Source: Daphnia carinata
Lineage: Eukaryota
DNA length: 64,000 nucleotides
Assembly (NCBI RefSeq): GCF_022539665.2
Contig: NC_081333.1
Span: forward strand, 3,162,001-3,226,000
Direction of reading: 5' to 3'
Shown: in pieces, positions 1 through 12,586 of the stretch
How positions within the stretch are numbered: position 1 is the stretch's first letter
Layout of the letters: each line of letters starts with the position of its first letter
Notes under the pieces: model-generated
Seen by the model: the letters and a program-made list of their open reading frames with translations, nothing else
Told to the model about the DNA's origin: nothing
Databases searched by the model: none
Translations under genes and position numbers: made by a program

Positions 1-448
1 GCCGACCCAAACCGAAATCTAGCAGTTCGGTGGGCCAGCGGCCATACCTTCGTGAGTCCGTTCTTTGTTCTTGTCACGTTACAAGTTTTATACCACTCCG
101 TTGTATACGTCTCTCCCCCTTTCTCTGACGTGATCAAATACATTCGATTTTTGCATCATTCACAGTTTTTTATTGCAATCGGCAAATGTTATGTGCAAGA
201 AAAGTGCGCCTGGAAAGGGTTAGATTAAAGTCATAAAGCTGGCAGTGGAATAACAAAATATATCATAATTCAAATCCGCAAAAGCAGATCTGGAAGTTAT
301 TTTGTTTGCACACCCCACCTGTTTTTATCGCTTCATGTGCTTGTTTTTTTTTTCTTGTTTTTTCCCATCGGTAACTTCTTTTTCATCTCGACAGTTCCTA
401 GAATCTCCAAACATTTTCAGAAAAAAATTCGCAAGTGCGTCAAAATTT

Positions 449-630
449 GGGGGAAGGGTGAACAAAAATCCATGATGGCCGCCCCTTTTTTTTCCGAATC
501 ACAAGCACATGAAAATGGGGGAAGGGCGAACAGAAATCCATGATGGCCGCTCTCTCTATCTTTTTTTTTGAGACACACAAGGGCATGCAGAAGTGGGGGG
601 GAAGGGAGTACAAAATTCCATGATGGCCGC
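449..630. repeat. Three-copy degenerate tandem repeat (unit ~68-80 bp)
   Basis: GGGGGAAGGG...ACA.AA.TCCATGATGGCCGC occurs three times; the identical 14-mer TCCATGATGGCCGC is at 469-482, 537-550 and 617-630. Confidence 0.85.
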
Positions 631-1136
631 TTTCACTTTCTTTCTAATCCCCCAGCAGCTGTCAGTCAGCGTTGACGCGTTGGCACTAACCTTAACGACT
701 TGTAAGCGGCCACTGTGTCGATAAGACGAGATGTGAAACACTTTGGCGGAAAAATAAGCTCTAACTATTCCCCATGGATCTTCCTTTTTTCAGAAAGTTC
801 TCACGGCTTCAAACGTTGTTTCTTCGTTAGTGTTTTTGTTTTTGCCTTATTCTTGTTACCATGAGCGACAGTAAATTCGCATTTTTGCTGCTCGTCTTTA
901 CAACTGTAGCCATAGACGAAAAACAGTTGGATTTTGGATAAATTAAATAAAAGGTACTAAAGTTGTTTTTGTTGCTTTATCGAATTTTTTTTGTCCTTAA
1001 ACATCACGTGATCGCAAGATATCAACAAGATGTCGATCTAAATCTGTAACATCAGACCGATATCAAACTGATAGTATCTCGACGCTATATTCAAGTTTAA
1101 TGCTGGAGTCATTTGATTTTCTAGACGTGTTCTACT

Positions 1137-2903
1137 ATGACGAAATTAAGTATCATCCTAGTCCTTCTATTTACGGTGGAGCAGATTCGGAGCTCTCCGG
1201 CCGGCCGAGTCGAACAGGTAGTTCTTGACACGTATGAAATCAAGGCGAGGGCCGTCCTGGATCGTGTGCCTCTCATCGATGGGTAAAAGAAGCTTAATTA
1301 TTTAAAGTAGCCAGTTTTTTGCATGATGAATTTACTTTTTTAGCCACAATGACTTTGCCATGTCCCTACGTTACTATGCAAGGAACCAAGTTGGAGATCT
1401 GGACATCAATGATTTAACCACCTTGGAACCGTGGGCCAGTTCCCCTTCGTCACACACGGATATCAATAGACTTCGTCAAGGAAAAGTCGGCGCCCAGGTA
1501 AATTACAGTTTTAAGTATAGCAGTAAAATAGTGAAAAACATTTGTTATTGAATTCTCATAGTTTTGGTCAGCCTACGTGGGTTGCACAACCCAATACAAG
1601 GACGCTGTGTCTAAAACATGGGAACAGATTGACGTCATCCATCGATTTGTGGATGCTAATCCGACTACCTTTGAATTCGTTACATCTGCGCAAGGTACGT
1701 ATGATAACTCAATATGAAGTTAATGAAGCAGATCGCTTGCAATTTTAAAAATAAGGGATTGAGGACGCGTTCACCCAGGGGAAAATTGGAAGTCTGATTG
1801 GAGTTGAAGGTGGCCATTCAATCGATAGCTCTTTGGCCGTTCTCCGTATGATGTACGACATGGGTGTACGTTACATGACAATGACGCATTCATGTGCTAC
1901 TCCATGGTAATAGAATAAATAAAATTTCGTGCGTAATCAATAAGCGAATGTATTTTAACTAGGGCCGATAATTCGCAAGTGGATAATCCAGGCGGTGTAG
2001 CTGTTCACGATGGTCTCACACCATTTGGAAAGGTTACATAATTTTAAAATACTATCTTAAAAATTTGAATTCAAGATGAATTTAAACTAGACTGTGGTAG
2101 CAGAAATGAATCGACTTGGAATGCTACTTGACCTATCGCACGTTTCACGAAAAACAATGAGGGACGCATTGGAAACGAGCACGGCCCCTGTCATATTCTC
2201 GCATTCGTCAGCTTATGCGTTATGCAACAATACCCGTAATGTTCCCGACGATATTTTGCAACTTGTGGCTCTAAACGGAGGTATCGTCATGGTAAATTTT
2301 TTCCCGAGTTTCGTCACCTGTAGCTCGACGGCAACCGTTCAAGACGTCGCAAGTAAAAACTCATTTTAATTTTTCCAGTGTTAATTTTCATCTCAATATG
2401 CAACTCCTTTTGTTTTGTTATTCGCTTTAGACCATATGGATCATATCCGAAATGTCGCCGGAGTGGATCACATTGGAATCGGTGCCGATTATAACGGCAT
2501 AACTGAGTAAAATTCTTACAAAACTTTACTGCAATTTAGATAATTCGTTAAAAATTCTAAACATTTCAATAAATAGGGTACCTGTAGGACTGAAGGACGT
2601 GTCAGAGTATCCGAATTTGTTCGCCGAACTCCTGGCTCGCGGTTGGGCGGAAACCGATCTGGAGAAAGTGGCCGGACTTAATTTGCTACGAGTTCTTAGA
2701 GGCGCCGAATCGGTTGAATCTATTTTCTTCTGTTGCGAATTATCAAATTCTTAGGTGTTTATTATTAAAAAAAGGTACGGGATCAGATGGCAGTTACGGG
2801 AGTGAAGCCGTTTGATGAATGGATTCCGCAAGCGGATCTGCCGGCCGAATCGCTACCTTGTAGCACCGGGCAGGTTAAGATCGACCAATCATCTCCCCAA
2901 TAA
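1137..2903 (+). CDS. Membrane dipeptidase (peptidase M19, renal dipeptidase/DPEP1-like), copy A; signal peptide, no C-terminal GPI signal
   Basis: Nine GT-AG exons: 1137-1282, 1344-1497, 1562-1694, 1756-1906, 1963-2032, 2091-2352, 2431-2506, 2577-2712, 2775-2903. Signal-like [21 protein letters not shown]19 motifs [65 protein letters not shown] at 2915-2920. Confidence 0.93.
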
Positions 2904-4452
2904 TACAATTTCCCAATAAAGTTCATTTAAAAATGGCAACTAATTTTAACTGTTTTAGCGCATTTCAATTCGACTAAACAGCTGTAGTAATGCCGAGTTG
3001 ATTTGCATTTATATTAACCTTAGTTTATTGATAGAATGATCTAAGCCCATGTCGTATACGTATTTAGCATTATAATCCTTCGAATAATTCATTTGATAGC
3101 ATTTTAACATTCGTATTTTTTGAGACCTGATTTGAATACGAAGGAATGAGCAACTCTGTATTTCTTAGAAATTAGCATTGGGAAGGGTACGGTGCGATTT
3201 CAGCACCCATCCTCCTCTTCAGTTTCTCATTTCTCGTCTACGTTCAGTTGTCGATCCCTCGATGGGGTGGAAGGTTCACAATTTTTTTTCGCCTTTATCT
3301 AAAAAAACGTGTTGCGATCAGATACAAATCTTTATGTTCCATGCGAGGACCTCTTTTAAAACATTATCTATAGACAGTTTCATGTGACAGGACCAGTTGC
3401 TTTTCGTCATTGCTGCATTGTGCAGAGTTGCAAAAAGTACGTATGGAGGTTAAGTTAAACAAGATTCACTTACTCGAGATCCCGTTTTCATATGTTACCT
3501 TCTCGCATGACACACAAAAACAACAGTAGTGACTTTTCCAGTTGGTGTGAATTTGTGTTTGATATTGCTGCTTTGTAGTCATAACAAGCCACAAATGTTT
3601 ATTTTGAAATTCTAAAAAAAACATTGATACCATGCTGGGGAGGGGTCTATATTGAACTTTAAACGAAAATTAGTTATACAAGCGCAAACACATCTGCGCA
3701 TCGAAAGCGTCATTGCCGATGCTTTCAACATTGGACCATGCCCGTTGCCCTGGAATAAAGAAGAGTTCCATAGTCTACTAGTTAGATAATGTGCTCTTTT
3801 TTTTTTCTCTCTTAATTAATTCAGCAGTTAACGAACATCTTGTTATTATACTTGGACTTTTAATCAGAAGAGCCGAGAGATAGCCGAAGGTATAATCCAG
3901 TTTGATTTCGTTTCGTCGAGGTACATCCGCTCGAAACTGGTATAGTAAGTACGTCCAATTTATCAGTTCCTTTAGTTATTTTTAGCTGAAACAAAAAGTA
4001 GAGTCAATTGCTTTTGCATTAATTGTTTTTAGATATGAAGTAATTGTGCGTCTTTTGTTGAACGCTTTTGCGTTCAGGGTTTTTCGGTTACATGTGAGCG
4101 TAACACATGATTTGCTAGAGGCTGTACATGTTTTTGTGTTCGCATTATTTAAATTATTGCGACAAGTCACGCTTCGACTGTGCAGTGCGGGATGAACGAC
4201 TTCTTGCTTAATCGGTCGCCAACTGCGACGTTTCTTTAGCCTACGCAGTAAGCCTAGCCTATATATAAGACACCCCAGATTTCTTTCACATTTAAAACGA
4301 TAAGGACGAATACAAAATCTGTTTGAAAAAGCTGTGTTGCCTTTAGTCTTCATTCACGTAAAAGAGAAGGCACAACCCCTAGATTCAATTCTATTCAACA
4401 TTTTTAATAAACAGTATTTTATCATTGGGTTGTCTGAATTGTAACAAGAGAA

Positions 4453-6010
4453 ATGTTTTCAAAAGCAGGTTTCATCTTTATCGCATTTGCTAGTGTGACG
4501 GTTCAATGTATCAAGCACGAAAGTAAGTACTGAACGCAAGTTTCGTTAAGGTAGCATTCAATCATTTTCGCACAGTTTTTAGAATGTGCTGTGTAATAAA
4601 TCTATTATTATGTAATAACTGTGATTAGTATGTATTTAACATTTCTTGTTGCAAATAAGTTCAACTGTAATCGGAATACTGTTTATCGCTGTTCCATTTA
4701 CTGACGGATACAGTTGTTTATTAAACACTCGTATTTTGCATACAGATCTCATCATTGCTGTTGGTGATGAACTCGAATTTCTCACTGATGGAAGCTCGTA
4801 CCGGACGTTGACGTTGGATTCTTATAACGCAACGAAACTGTCGGCTCTCGCCTACGACGCCACAACACGAAGACTCTTTTTCTCCGACCTGCGTCATCGT
4901 CACGGCCACATATTCAGCGTGAGTCTGGACGAAGAATCCCGCCGACCAGTTGAAGACATTGTTGAAAGTAATTGTAGCTTCATACATTAACCAGGCTAGT
5001 TGCTTAAACGCATTTATTCACAGGGAATAATAATGAAAGTGTTGATAGCTTAGCCTACGATCCTGTGACTAAAACGCTGTTATGGACGGATGGGATCAAT
5101 CGATCCATCCGTCGCTTCCAAATCGATTACGAGCACGTTCACATAGACGAAAAGGATGGCATAGAAATCGTGCACTTCTTGGAAAATGATGCTAATCCTC
5201 AAGGTTTAGTGTCTGACCCTTGCACGAGGTAAATCAACACTTCTATAAGGAAAACGTACGAAGTTTTTATTCAATTCATTTTCTATCAAGGATGTTGTAC
5301 TGGACAAACATTCACAGTGATCGTCCGTCTATCGAGCGTTCGCTTATCAACGGAACCCAGCGTGAAATTATACTTTATTCAGATTTATTGCTACCAAACG
5401 CATTCGATGTGGACGTTGTTGACCAAGTGATTTACTGGGCAGAGGATCTTAAAAACGGACACTTCCGCATTCAAAGAAGCTCTGTCGACGGAAGTGAAAC
5501 ACACATTTTCTATCAGGGCATTGGCGATTTCATCGTCAGTTTAACGGTACATTTACCTCCAATATAACGTCCTTCATTCTCTAGAAGAAAAGTTCTTTCT
5601 TTTATAAGGTGGGAGATCACTATATCTATTGGAGCGATTACGGCCATAAGAAGCTATGGTCTCTCCGGAAGGATGGGTCATCTGCACGCCCCATAATCCT
5701 CCGTACTTTTCGCAATCCAGCGATGGGTGTGGCAGTGTTTCGTCACCAGCCTTTGAACTGCAGCTTAATTATGTCAAACGTTCATCATCAGGAACTTGCC
5801 ATGGAAAATGACTCGCTAATTGTAACGTTAATGATCCTTACATCGCTTACGATCGTGGCAGCCGTTGCCATCTTAATCTTTCGGTTCGGACGGCTAATCG
5901 GCTGTGCCCTACCATTCTCCTCCAATAAAACAGAAGGCACTTTTGCGTTCCAGAGTTTTCAGAACCCCGTTCCTAATAACACGTACAAAATGTGTGAAAG
6001 AGTGATATAG
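4453..6010 (+). CDS. Cueball-like / LDLR class B (YWTD beta-propeller) type I membrane protein, copy 1
   Basis: Exons 4453-4522 (signal peptide MFSKAGFIFIAFASVTVQC), 4746-4967, 5024-5228, 5291-~5547, 5609-6010. YWTD-type blades FFSD, LWTD, YWTN, YWAE, YWSD; TM LIVTLMILTSLTIVAAVAILIF; short tail ending CERVI; AATAAA at 6101-6106. Confidence 0.85.
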
Positions 6011-7058
6011 TGGCTGTCCCCCAGTATTTATCATAACTGTACTGTTCATGTCGATATTGTAAAGTAATCTGATTCTCATTCACAAATTTGCGAGTTTTTA
6101 AATAAATACATCGTTAAAAAACAGGGCCTATCATTATAGTACACAGTTGTCAGTTCGTTTTGCGTGGAAAGTGTACAACCCAGAAGCTACTACCACGTCT
6201 AGGAAATTTCTAGGTCAGCGTGAGATTTTAATCTCGTCTGGTTGTTATAATTTAATGACCTAAACCAATATTCCAAAAGGGCATAGACAGGAGGTTACGA
6301 ACTATGCCTCCTGTACCCTACGCAGTGCGATGAACAAGTTTGTTTTTAAAGAAAAGGAAATTGCATTTTTTAAAAATGCGATTCAAAAAAACTGGTTTGA
6401 TAAAAGTTATCGTAAATAATTTTTTGAAAAATGATTTTCAAGAATGTAAGTAAATAATCCGAACAAATTTCAGGATAAGACTTCGGAACATACATGTGAA
6501 CAGACTGCGTTATTGGCTTGTAACAAGAACCCCCGAAGTAGACAACTGCGTCTTTTGGTTTGTTTTATTTTCCATGCATGTCAAATTATAGACTTTCCGT
6601 CTCTGGTGGTCATTGCAGTGAACGCAACGAATATTTAAAAAAACCCAATTCTTTTTGATCTCGTGAGATTACGCTACCGGGCAGTTATGACATCAAAAGT
6701 TTTCGAAATTGGCTTTTGAAAAGCCGCCCTGGAATTATTCTGCAGATAAAGAGAAGACCAATATTATAAGACAATTACTTTTTTTTTACTAGTCAACCTT
6801 CACTGGATAATTCGACCTCAATATTGACGTATCCAGTCGTGACTGGGATATTAAGTTTCTCCACCTGGTCCAATGGCGTACAGTAAAGAAAAATTGATCA
6901 TCGAGCTAAGACTGGCTGTCTACGTTTCGTCCTGGAACAGTTTCAAACTGGTGAGCACACGAAGTTGAACAAAACATTGGAGTGACAAGCGAATTTGTGC
7001 TAAACATTTAGACAGTGGTTTTTGTTTCGAATTTTCTTAGTTTCCTGATTTGCATAAA

Positions 7059-8871
7059 ATGCGAATCGAAGTTTTCTCCACTTTCCTTATTTTTGAAGCG
7101 GTGGTCAGTCTCAAACACAATGGTAAGTGAAGTGGTGTTTTATTTAGTTGACCGACATTTCATAATTGGTGCTCTTTAGCCATGGGCGATAGCATGCAAA
7201 TTTGATTTTTGTTCTCGTGCAATATAATATGCAAGTTGCAGCTAAGGTGTCAATAGCCAAAGGCCATTTTCATATGCTTAAAGCTGATCTACATATTGAG
7301 CTTTGTTCTAGACATTCGAAAACCTAATTTTTTTTTGACGTCTCCTACAACATTATGTAAATTCGACACATAAGGTATTTCCTTTACATTCTGTAGGAAA
7401 CAAAAATGTTTCATGGGGCAGGGAACGAATTTGCCGTAGAAACAGTCCAAGGCTAATGACTTACCTTACTCATCCCTATCTCTTTAGAATATTATGCAAA
7501 ACAAAAGGACGGGGACGAAAACTTTTTACAGTTTTCTTAATTACAGACAAATTAACCCGGGGCAATGCAAAAAGGAGATGACCAATTTTGTTTATTTTAC
7601 AGATTTAATTATTGCTGTTGGCGATACACTTGAGCTTCTCAGTGATGGCAAAACATTTGAAACACTGAATTTAGATTCTTACAACGCGTCGAAGTTGTCG
7701 GCCCTCGCGTACGATCCTGCGACCAAAAAACTGTTTTTCTCCGACACTCGCCATCGTCACGGCCACATATTCAGCGTTGATCTCAACGACGAATTTTATC
7801 ATCCTGTTGTCGACATTGTTGAAAGTATTTGAAATTTTCCGCTTAAATTTAAGACGGTTCAATGATTTTCAATTTTGCTTTGATTGAACAAACAGAAAAG
7901 GATAACGAAACTGTTGGCAGTTTGACGTACGACCCTGTTGATAAAACGCTTTTATGGATGGATGGATCTAATCGATCCATACGTCGCGTAAAGATCGACC
8001 ATGAAACATTCCATACGGAAGAGAAGGGAGATGTTGAAATTCTGCATTCGTTTGACAATTCAAACAAACCAAGCGGATTAATTTGTGATCCCTGTACAAG
8101 GTTAATAATTTATTGTTCCCCCACATTTCACAGTTAATTCAAAGCTATTTTTGATTTAGAATATTGTACTGGACAAATGTACACCAATCTCGTCCCACTA
8201 TAGAACGGTCCTTTATCAATGGAAGTCATCCAAACGTTCTCATTCAGAACGATCTGTTCCAGCCGATGACGTTGGATCTCGACGTGCCGGAACAGAAACT
8301 CTATTGGGCTCAAAGTCTTCGTAACGGTTCTTTCTACATCGAAAGAAGCTTTGTGAACGGAACGGGAAGAGAAGAAATTTACCGTGATGTTGGCCAAATT
8401 ATCATCAGTCTCGCCGTACGGTTTGACTTTCCTATTATAACAGACTACGATATATTCATTCAAATTCAATTGGCTATCAAGGTGGGTGGTGACTACGTGT
8501 ATTGGGGAGACTACACTCAAAAGAAGCTGTGGTCCCTTAGAAAAGATGGATCTTCTAGCAGTCCGGTAACTCTTGGAACATTTCGCAATCCACCGACGAG
8601 TATTGTATTGCGACATCAACCATTGGATTGCAGTCTGCTGAAACTCGCTCAAACTGAGCAATTCATCGCACATGAATCAGAAACTATAACCATCGTTTGT
8701 TTGACTATTACTAGCCTCATCATAATAGCTGTTGTTGCTATTTTTGTATTTAGAAGTTGGACGTTTAGAAGTGGTAGGACATTGTTGATCTCTGACAAAG
8801 ATGACGATGCTTTCCCTTTTCAAGATTTTGAGAACGGCAGAGACTGCAGAAAAATGACGCAACAAGTGTAA
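7059..8871 (+). CDS. Cueball-like YWTD beta-propeller type I membrane protein, copy 2
   Basis: Exons 7059-7122 (signal MRIEVFSTFLIFEAVVS), 7603-7824, 7896-8100, 8160-8415, 8482-8871. Same intron positions and phases as copy 1; blades FFSD, LWMD, YWTN, YWAQ, YWGD; TM ITIVCLTITSLIIIAVVAIFVF. Confidence 0.85.
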
Positions 8872-9653
8872 CATATTGGCGCATTTTGCTGCTTTCATTT
8901 TTCTTTCTCCTTGTTGAGAACTGCCATGACCGAAAAATTCGTTGTTTTAAAGCCAAACGCAACCCGTTTGTTTTACATAAAAGTGTATGCATAAAAAAAG
9001 ACTTTTGTTGCATTAACGGTTGTCCTAATTACGTGGGGAATACCAAAAGCAATTCAAGTGTTCTTTCAAACTTTCGTTGACGGTTGAGGACATGTCCGAA
9101 GTCCCGTTAGTTGAGAATACAAAGGTAAAGACATTTTCAAAAATTTTACTGAAAAACGTGGATCTATAATGTTGATCATTAAATCTGTTTGATAGTATGC
9201 ATCATTGCTTTTTCTGATGTAACATTGCATCATTTTTTCCAGTTAAAAACAGAAGAGGATAGTTAATTGGAGGTTGGCAAGCTGCGCTACGGGCACTAGA
9301 ATCATTCCACATGAAACAAAAAGAAGAACAGCAAAATCAGGCTTTCTCCGACCGGCTTTTGCGGGTCATTCGACCGCAAGATCGATGGACCGCCCCCTTT
9401 TTTTTTGCGTTATCGGTCGTGATGCGGTGTTCTTTCAGATAGTTAAAAAGCGCGCAGGAAGACAATTGAGTGAAAGGTCTTTTCTTCTTTATATTCAATT
9501 TAGAGCAGTCGAGGTCTACCGGAGGCGGTTTTGAAGTCGCGCAAAAACCTTCGATGGAAGAGCAAGTTGAATCGTCAAGTGTCGAGCAGTGCCAAATGTT
9601 CTCTATTGCAGTTCGCTCGATTTAAATTTAGTCATTTACATTCGTGGCAAAGA

Positions 9654-11779
9654 ATGCAATCGCTAATTCTCGTTGTTCTGATTGCTTTTTCGATAGCTAC
9701 AGTTTGCAGTATCAAACAAGATGGTAAGTACATTTCTTTTTTTCATTCTTATCTGAGCGGATTCCAATGTAGTTGTCGTCAAAAATTCTAACTGAGCGTC
9801 TTTCAGCTATTTGAACTTATCTTTTGCAAAACCTTCAACATTTCGAGCTCTACCGGTATCAAATGTCACTAGTTGCATAACCTTACATCGCTTATTACGT
9901 CAGCTGTTAGAGGTTCTAGTCGCTTCATTTGAAGCCGAGCAGTAGACGACCTACGAGGCATTGTAGTCCACGTCTACGCGTAGTGACCTTTCTTCTTCCT
10001 GAAAAACATTTAAAATCCACGAGAACGTTGTTTCATAGATTTGATAATTGCTGTGGGGCATCAGCTGGAGCTTCTCACTGATGGAAGTACATATCGACGA
10101 CTGACGTTGAATGCTTACAATGAATCAAAACCGTCAGCCTTGGCATACGATGCCACGTCAAGGAAACTCTTTTTCTCTGATCTACGTCATCTTCACGGCC
10201 ACATATTCAGCGTCAATGTCGACGAGGAAGTGCCCCACATTGTGGAGGATATGGTCAAGAGTAAGGGAATGTCCTTGTTAAATGTTCTACATTTCAAATT
10301 TCCTTTTTTTATTGCAGAAAGAAGCAATGAAACTGTCGAGAGCATGACGTACGATCCTGTTGATAAAATGCTTTTCTGGACTGATGGATTTAATCGATCT
10401 ATACGTCGAGTGCAGATTGACCACGACAACTTCCCTACGGAAGAAAATGATGGCGTTGAAGTAGTGCATTTCCTAGAATACGACGCTAAACCACGGGGTT
10501 TGGTTTCCGATCCTTGTACAAGGTAAACAGTGTCATCCATTGTCATATGTCAATGGATTTCATTTATTTTACATTTGCTTTCTAGGATGTTATACTGGAC
10601 AAACATCCATGAAGCTCGTCCAACAATTGAACGTTCATTTCTCAATGGAAGTCAACGTGAAATCGTGATCGAAACTGATTTGTTATTACCTAATTCGTTA
10701 GATCTTGACGTGTTGGAGCAGAAGCTCTATTGGGTGGAGAGTCTTTCTAGCGGTTACTTTCACATTGAACGAAGTTTCGTGAATGGAACAAATAGAGAAG
10801 AGATTTACCGTGGCATCGGTCAATTTGTCGTCAGTCTTGCTGTAAGTCTTTCTTAAACAACCGATCGCTAAAGTATTTGTTTACTCTAATTATTTACTCT
10901 CAAGGTTGGTGATGATTACGTCTACTGGAGTGATTACAATCACAAGAAGCTATGGTACATCCGGAAAGATGGTTCTTCGAAACGAGCCATGTCTATTGGA
11001 ACATTTCGCCATCCAGTAATGGATGTCGTAGTGTTGCGTCATCACCCAATAAACTGCTCTCTAATTCCGTCACCATCTCATCCAGTCGATGTTGTTTCAG
11101 AGCCCATTCAGAACGGAGGTGTAAATGCGGACGTTTGTTCAGATTTCTGCAACAACAATGGCGAATGTATCACCGTGAATTCTGTTTTACGTTGCAGGTG
11201 ATGCTCTTATTTGAAATTTTATTCTTTTGTTTTAATTGTTTTTCTTATTCTTTTCTTTTTGCTACTGAAGTTGTTCGATCGGATTCAGCGGAGACCGGTG
11301 TGAGTCGGTTGACGAGCAGTCTGTTTCGTTTGTCGACGAGCTCAAAGAAATGAACGAAACTGATGTTGAATTGCCGTTACGCCAAACGTCTTCCGTATAC
11401 ACAACGATAGCAAAAACGTGTATACCTCTTACGTGTCTTCTTGTCATTGCAATCGCCACCGTTATTAGGCTCCGGTTCTTAAGCGCGAGTAAATTAACGC
11501 GAAGATCGTCTGACAAGGAGAGCACTGTTGTTATCACGGAAGATTTAGAGGGCAATTCAAATTCTCTTTCAATGTGTGAAAGGGTAAATATGACAATAAC
11601 TATACGTGTTACTAAGCAGATGATGACGTAATATTATTCCAGAATAGCAAAGTAATATGAAATGCTTATTTTTGATATGTTAGCCGAGCATGCAGCAGGA
11701 AGTCACGGTCGAATTACCAAAAGAGGATGGCTGGAAAAAAGCCGGTGATTGTGCCACGTTATTGGAGAACGAATTTTGA
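9654..11779 (+). CDS. Cueball-like YWTD propeller + EGF type I membrane protein, copy 3 (most complete architecture)
   Basis: Exons 9654-9723, 10039-10260, 10318-10522, 10586-10841, 10905-11197, 11271-11583, 11684-11779. Signal MQSLILVVLIAFSIATVCS; YWTD blades; six-Cys EGF CSDFCNNNGECITVNSVLRCSCSIGFSGDRC formed across an intron; TM TCIPLTCLLVIAIATVI; tail ends CATLLENEF. Confidence 0.87.
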
Positions 11780-12586
11780 CACGCCAAAACCAGAAGCGGC
11801 TATCTACGTTTAATCTTTTTCGAGTAATCTAGCACTCCTTCCTGCGTAACAGGCGAGTACGACGCTAATGCCAAGGTGCCCTTAAACTAAGCCACCGTAA
11901 AAATTTGTTGACTCTTCGTTGCCCTATCTAGGAGATCCAACAATAACAAGGGCTCGTAACATTTTTCGTTTTAACATTTACTTTTTGAGTACTAATTCAC
12001 CATACAATGTCAATTATCATACAATGTATGAATTCTGTTAACTCACGCATGCATTGTCACGCGCACAGTACAGTCCTAGAAGTTTAATTGTTGTTCTACG
12101 TTTTTAAGTTTTCAGTTGGCTGTTTCGTACGTTGCAATTGTGTTTTAAAACATTGAATGGTTGTCATATTTAACGAGTTAACGTTAATTGTTTTCTTTTG
12201 AAAAACGTAAGTGTTTAGGAAAACAAGTTTTGGAGAACGCAATTACCTCAGGGACCGTAGACGCAACCAATCCTTATAAGGATGTGTGACCCTGAAAGCG
12301 GATCGAGTCCAATCCGAAAATTCTTGGTCCAAGTGTGCATTACAACTTTAGATATTCCCTTTGTTTTCTTCGCAGTGTTCGCAATTGCAGTCAAGTGGTT
12401 CGTACCGGTTATTTTTATTGAAGTAATCGCAGTTCACCATTCGAACGTAAGCGAGCGTGCGTTTTATTCGTTTAAAAGTGCTGTCCTAAAACAAGTTTAA
12501 AATTCAAACCAGTCGCGACATTCTGTGAAAGAAGAGGTTCTACTAAGGGCATTGAATTTACATATTCCCCCCCCCCCCAAAAAAAA

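Noticed and set aside
1..150. Possible LTR end at the window edge
   Set aside because: Truncated, with no partner repeat, PBS/PPT or TSD visible.
3982..4353. 123-aa minus-strand ORF
   Set aside because: No recognisable domain or splice context; it lies in the upstream region of cueball-like copy 1.
6280..6314. Short inverted repeat ACAGGAGG...CCTCCTGT
   Set aside because: An 8-bp stem is expected by chance in 64 kb; no Helitron-type CTAG end or other context.
8416..8481. 66-nt stop-free in-frame intron in cueball-like copy 2 read through by the ORF finder
   Set aside because: Its position matches an intron in every paralogue; there is no evidence for retention.
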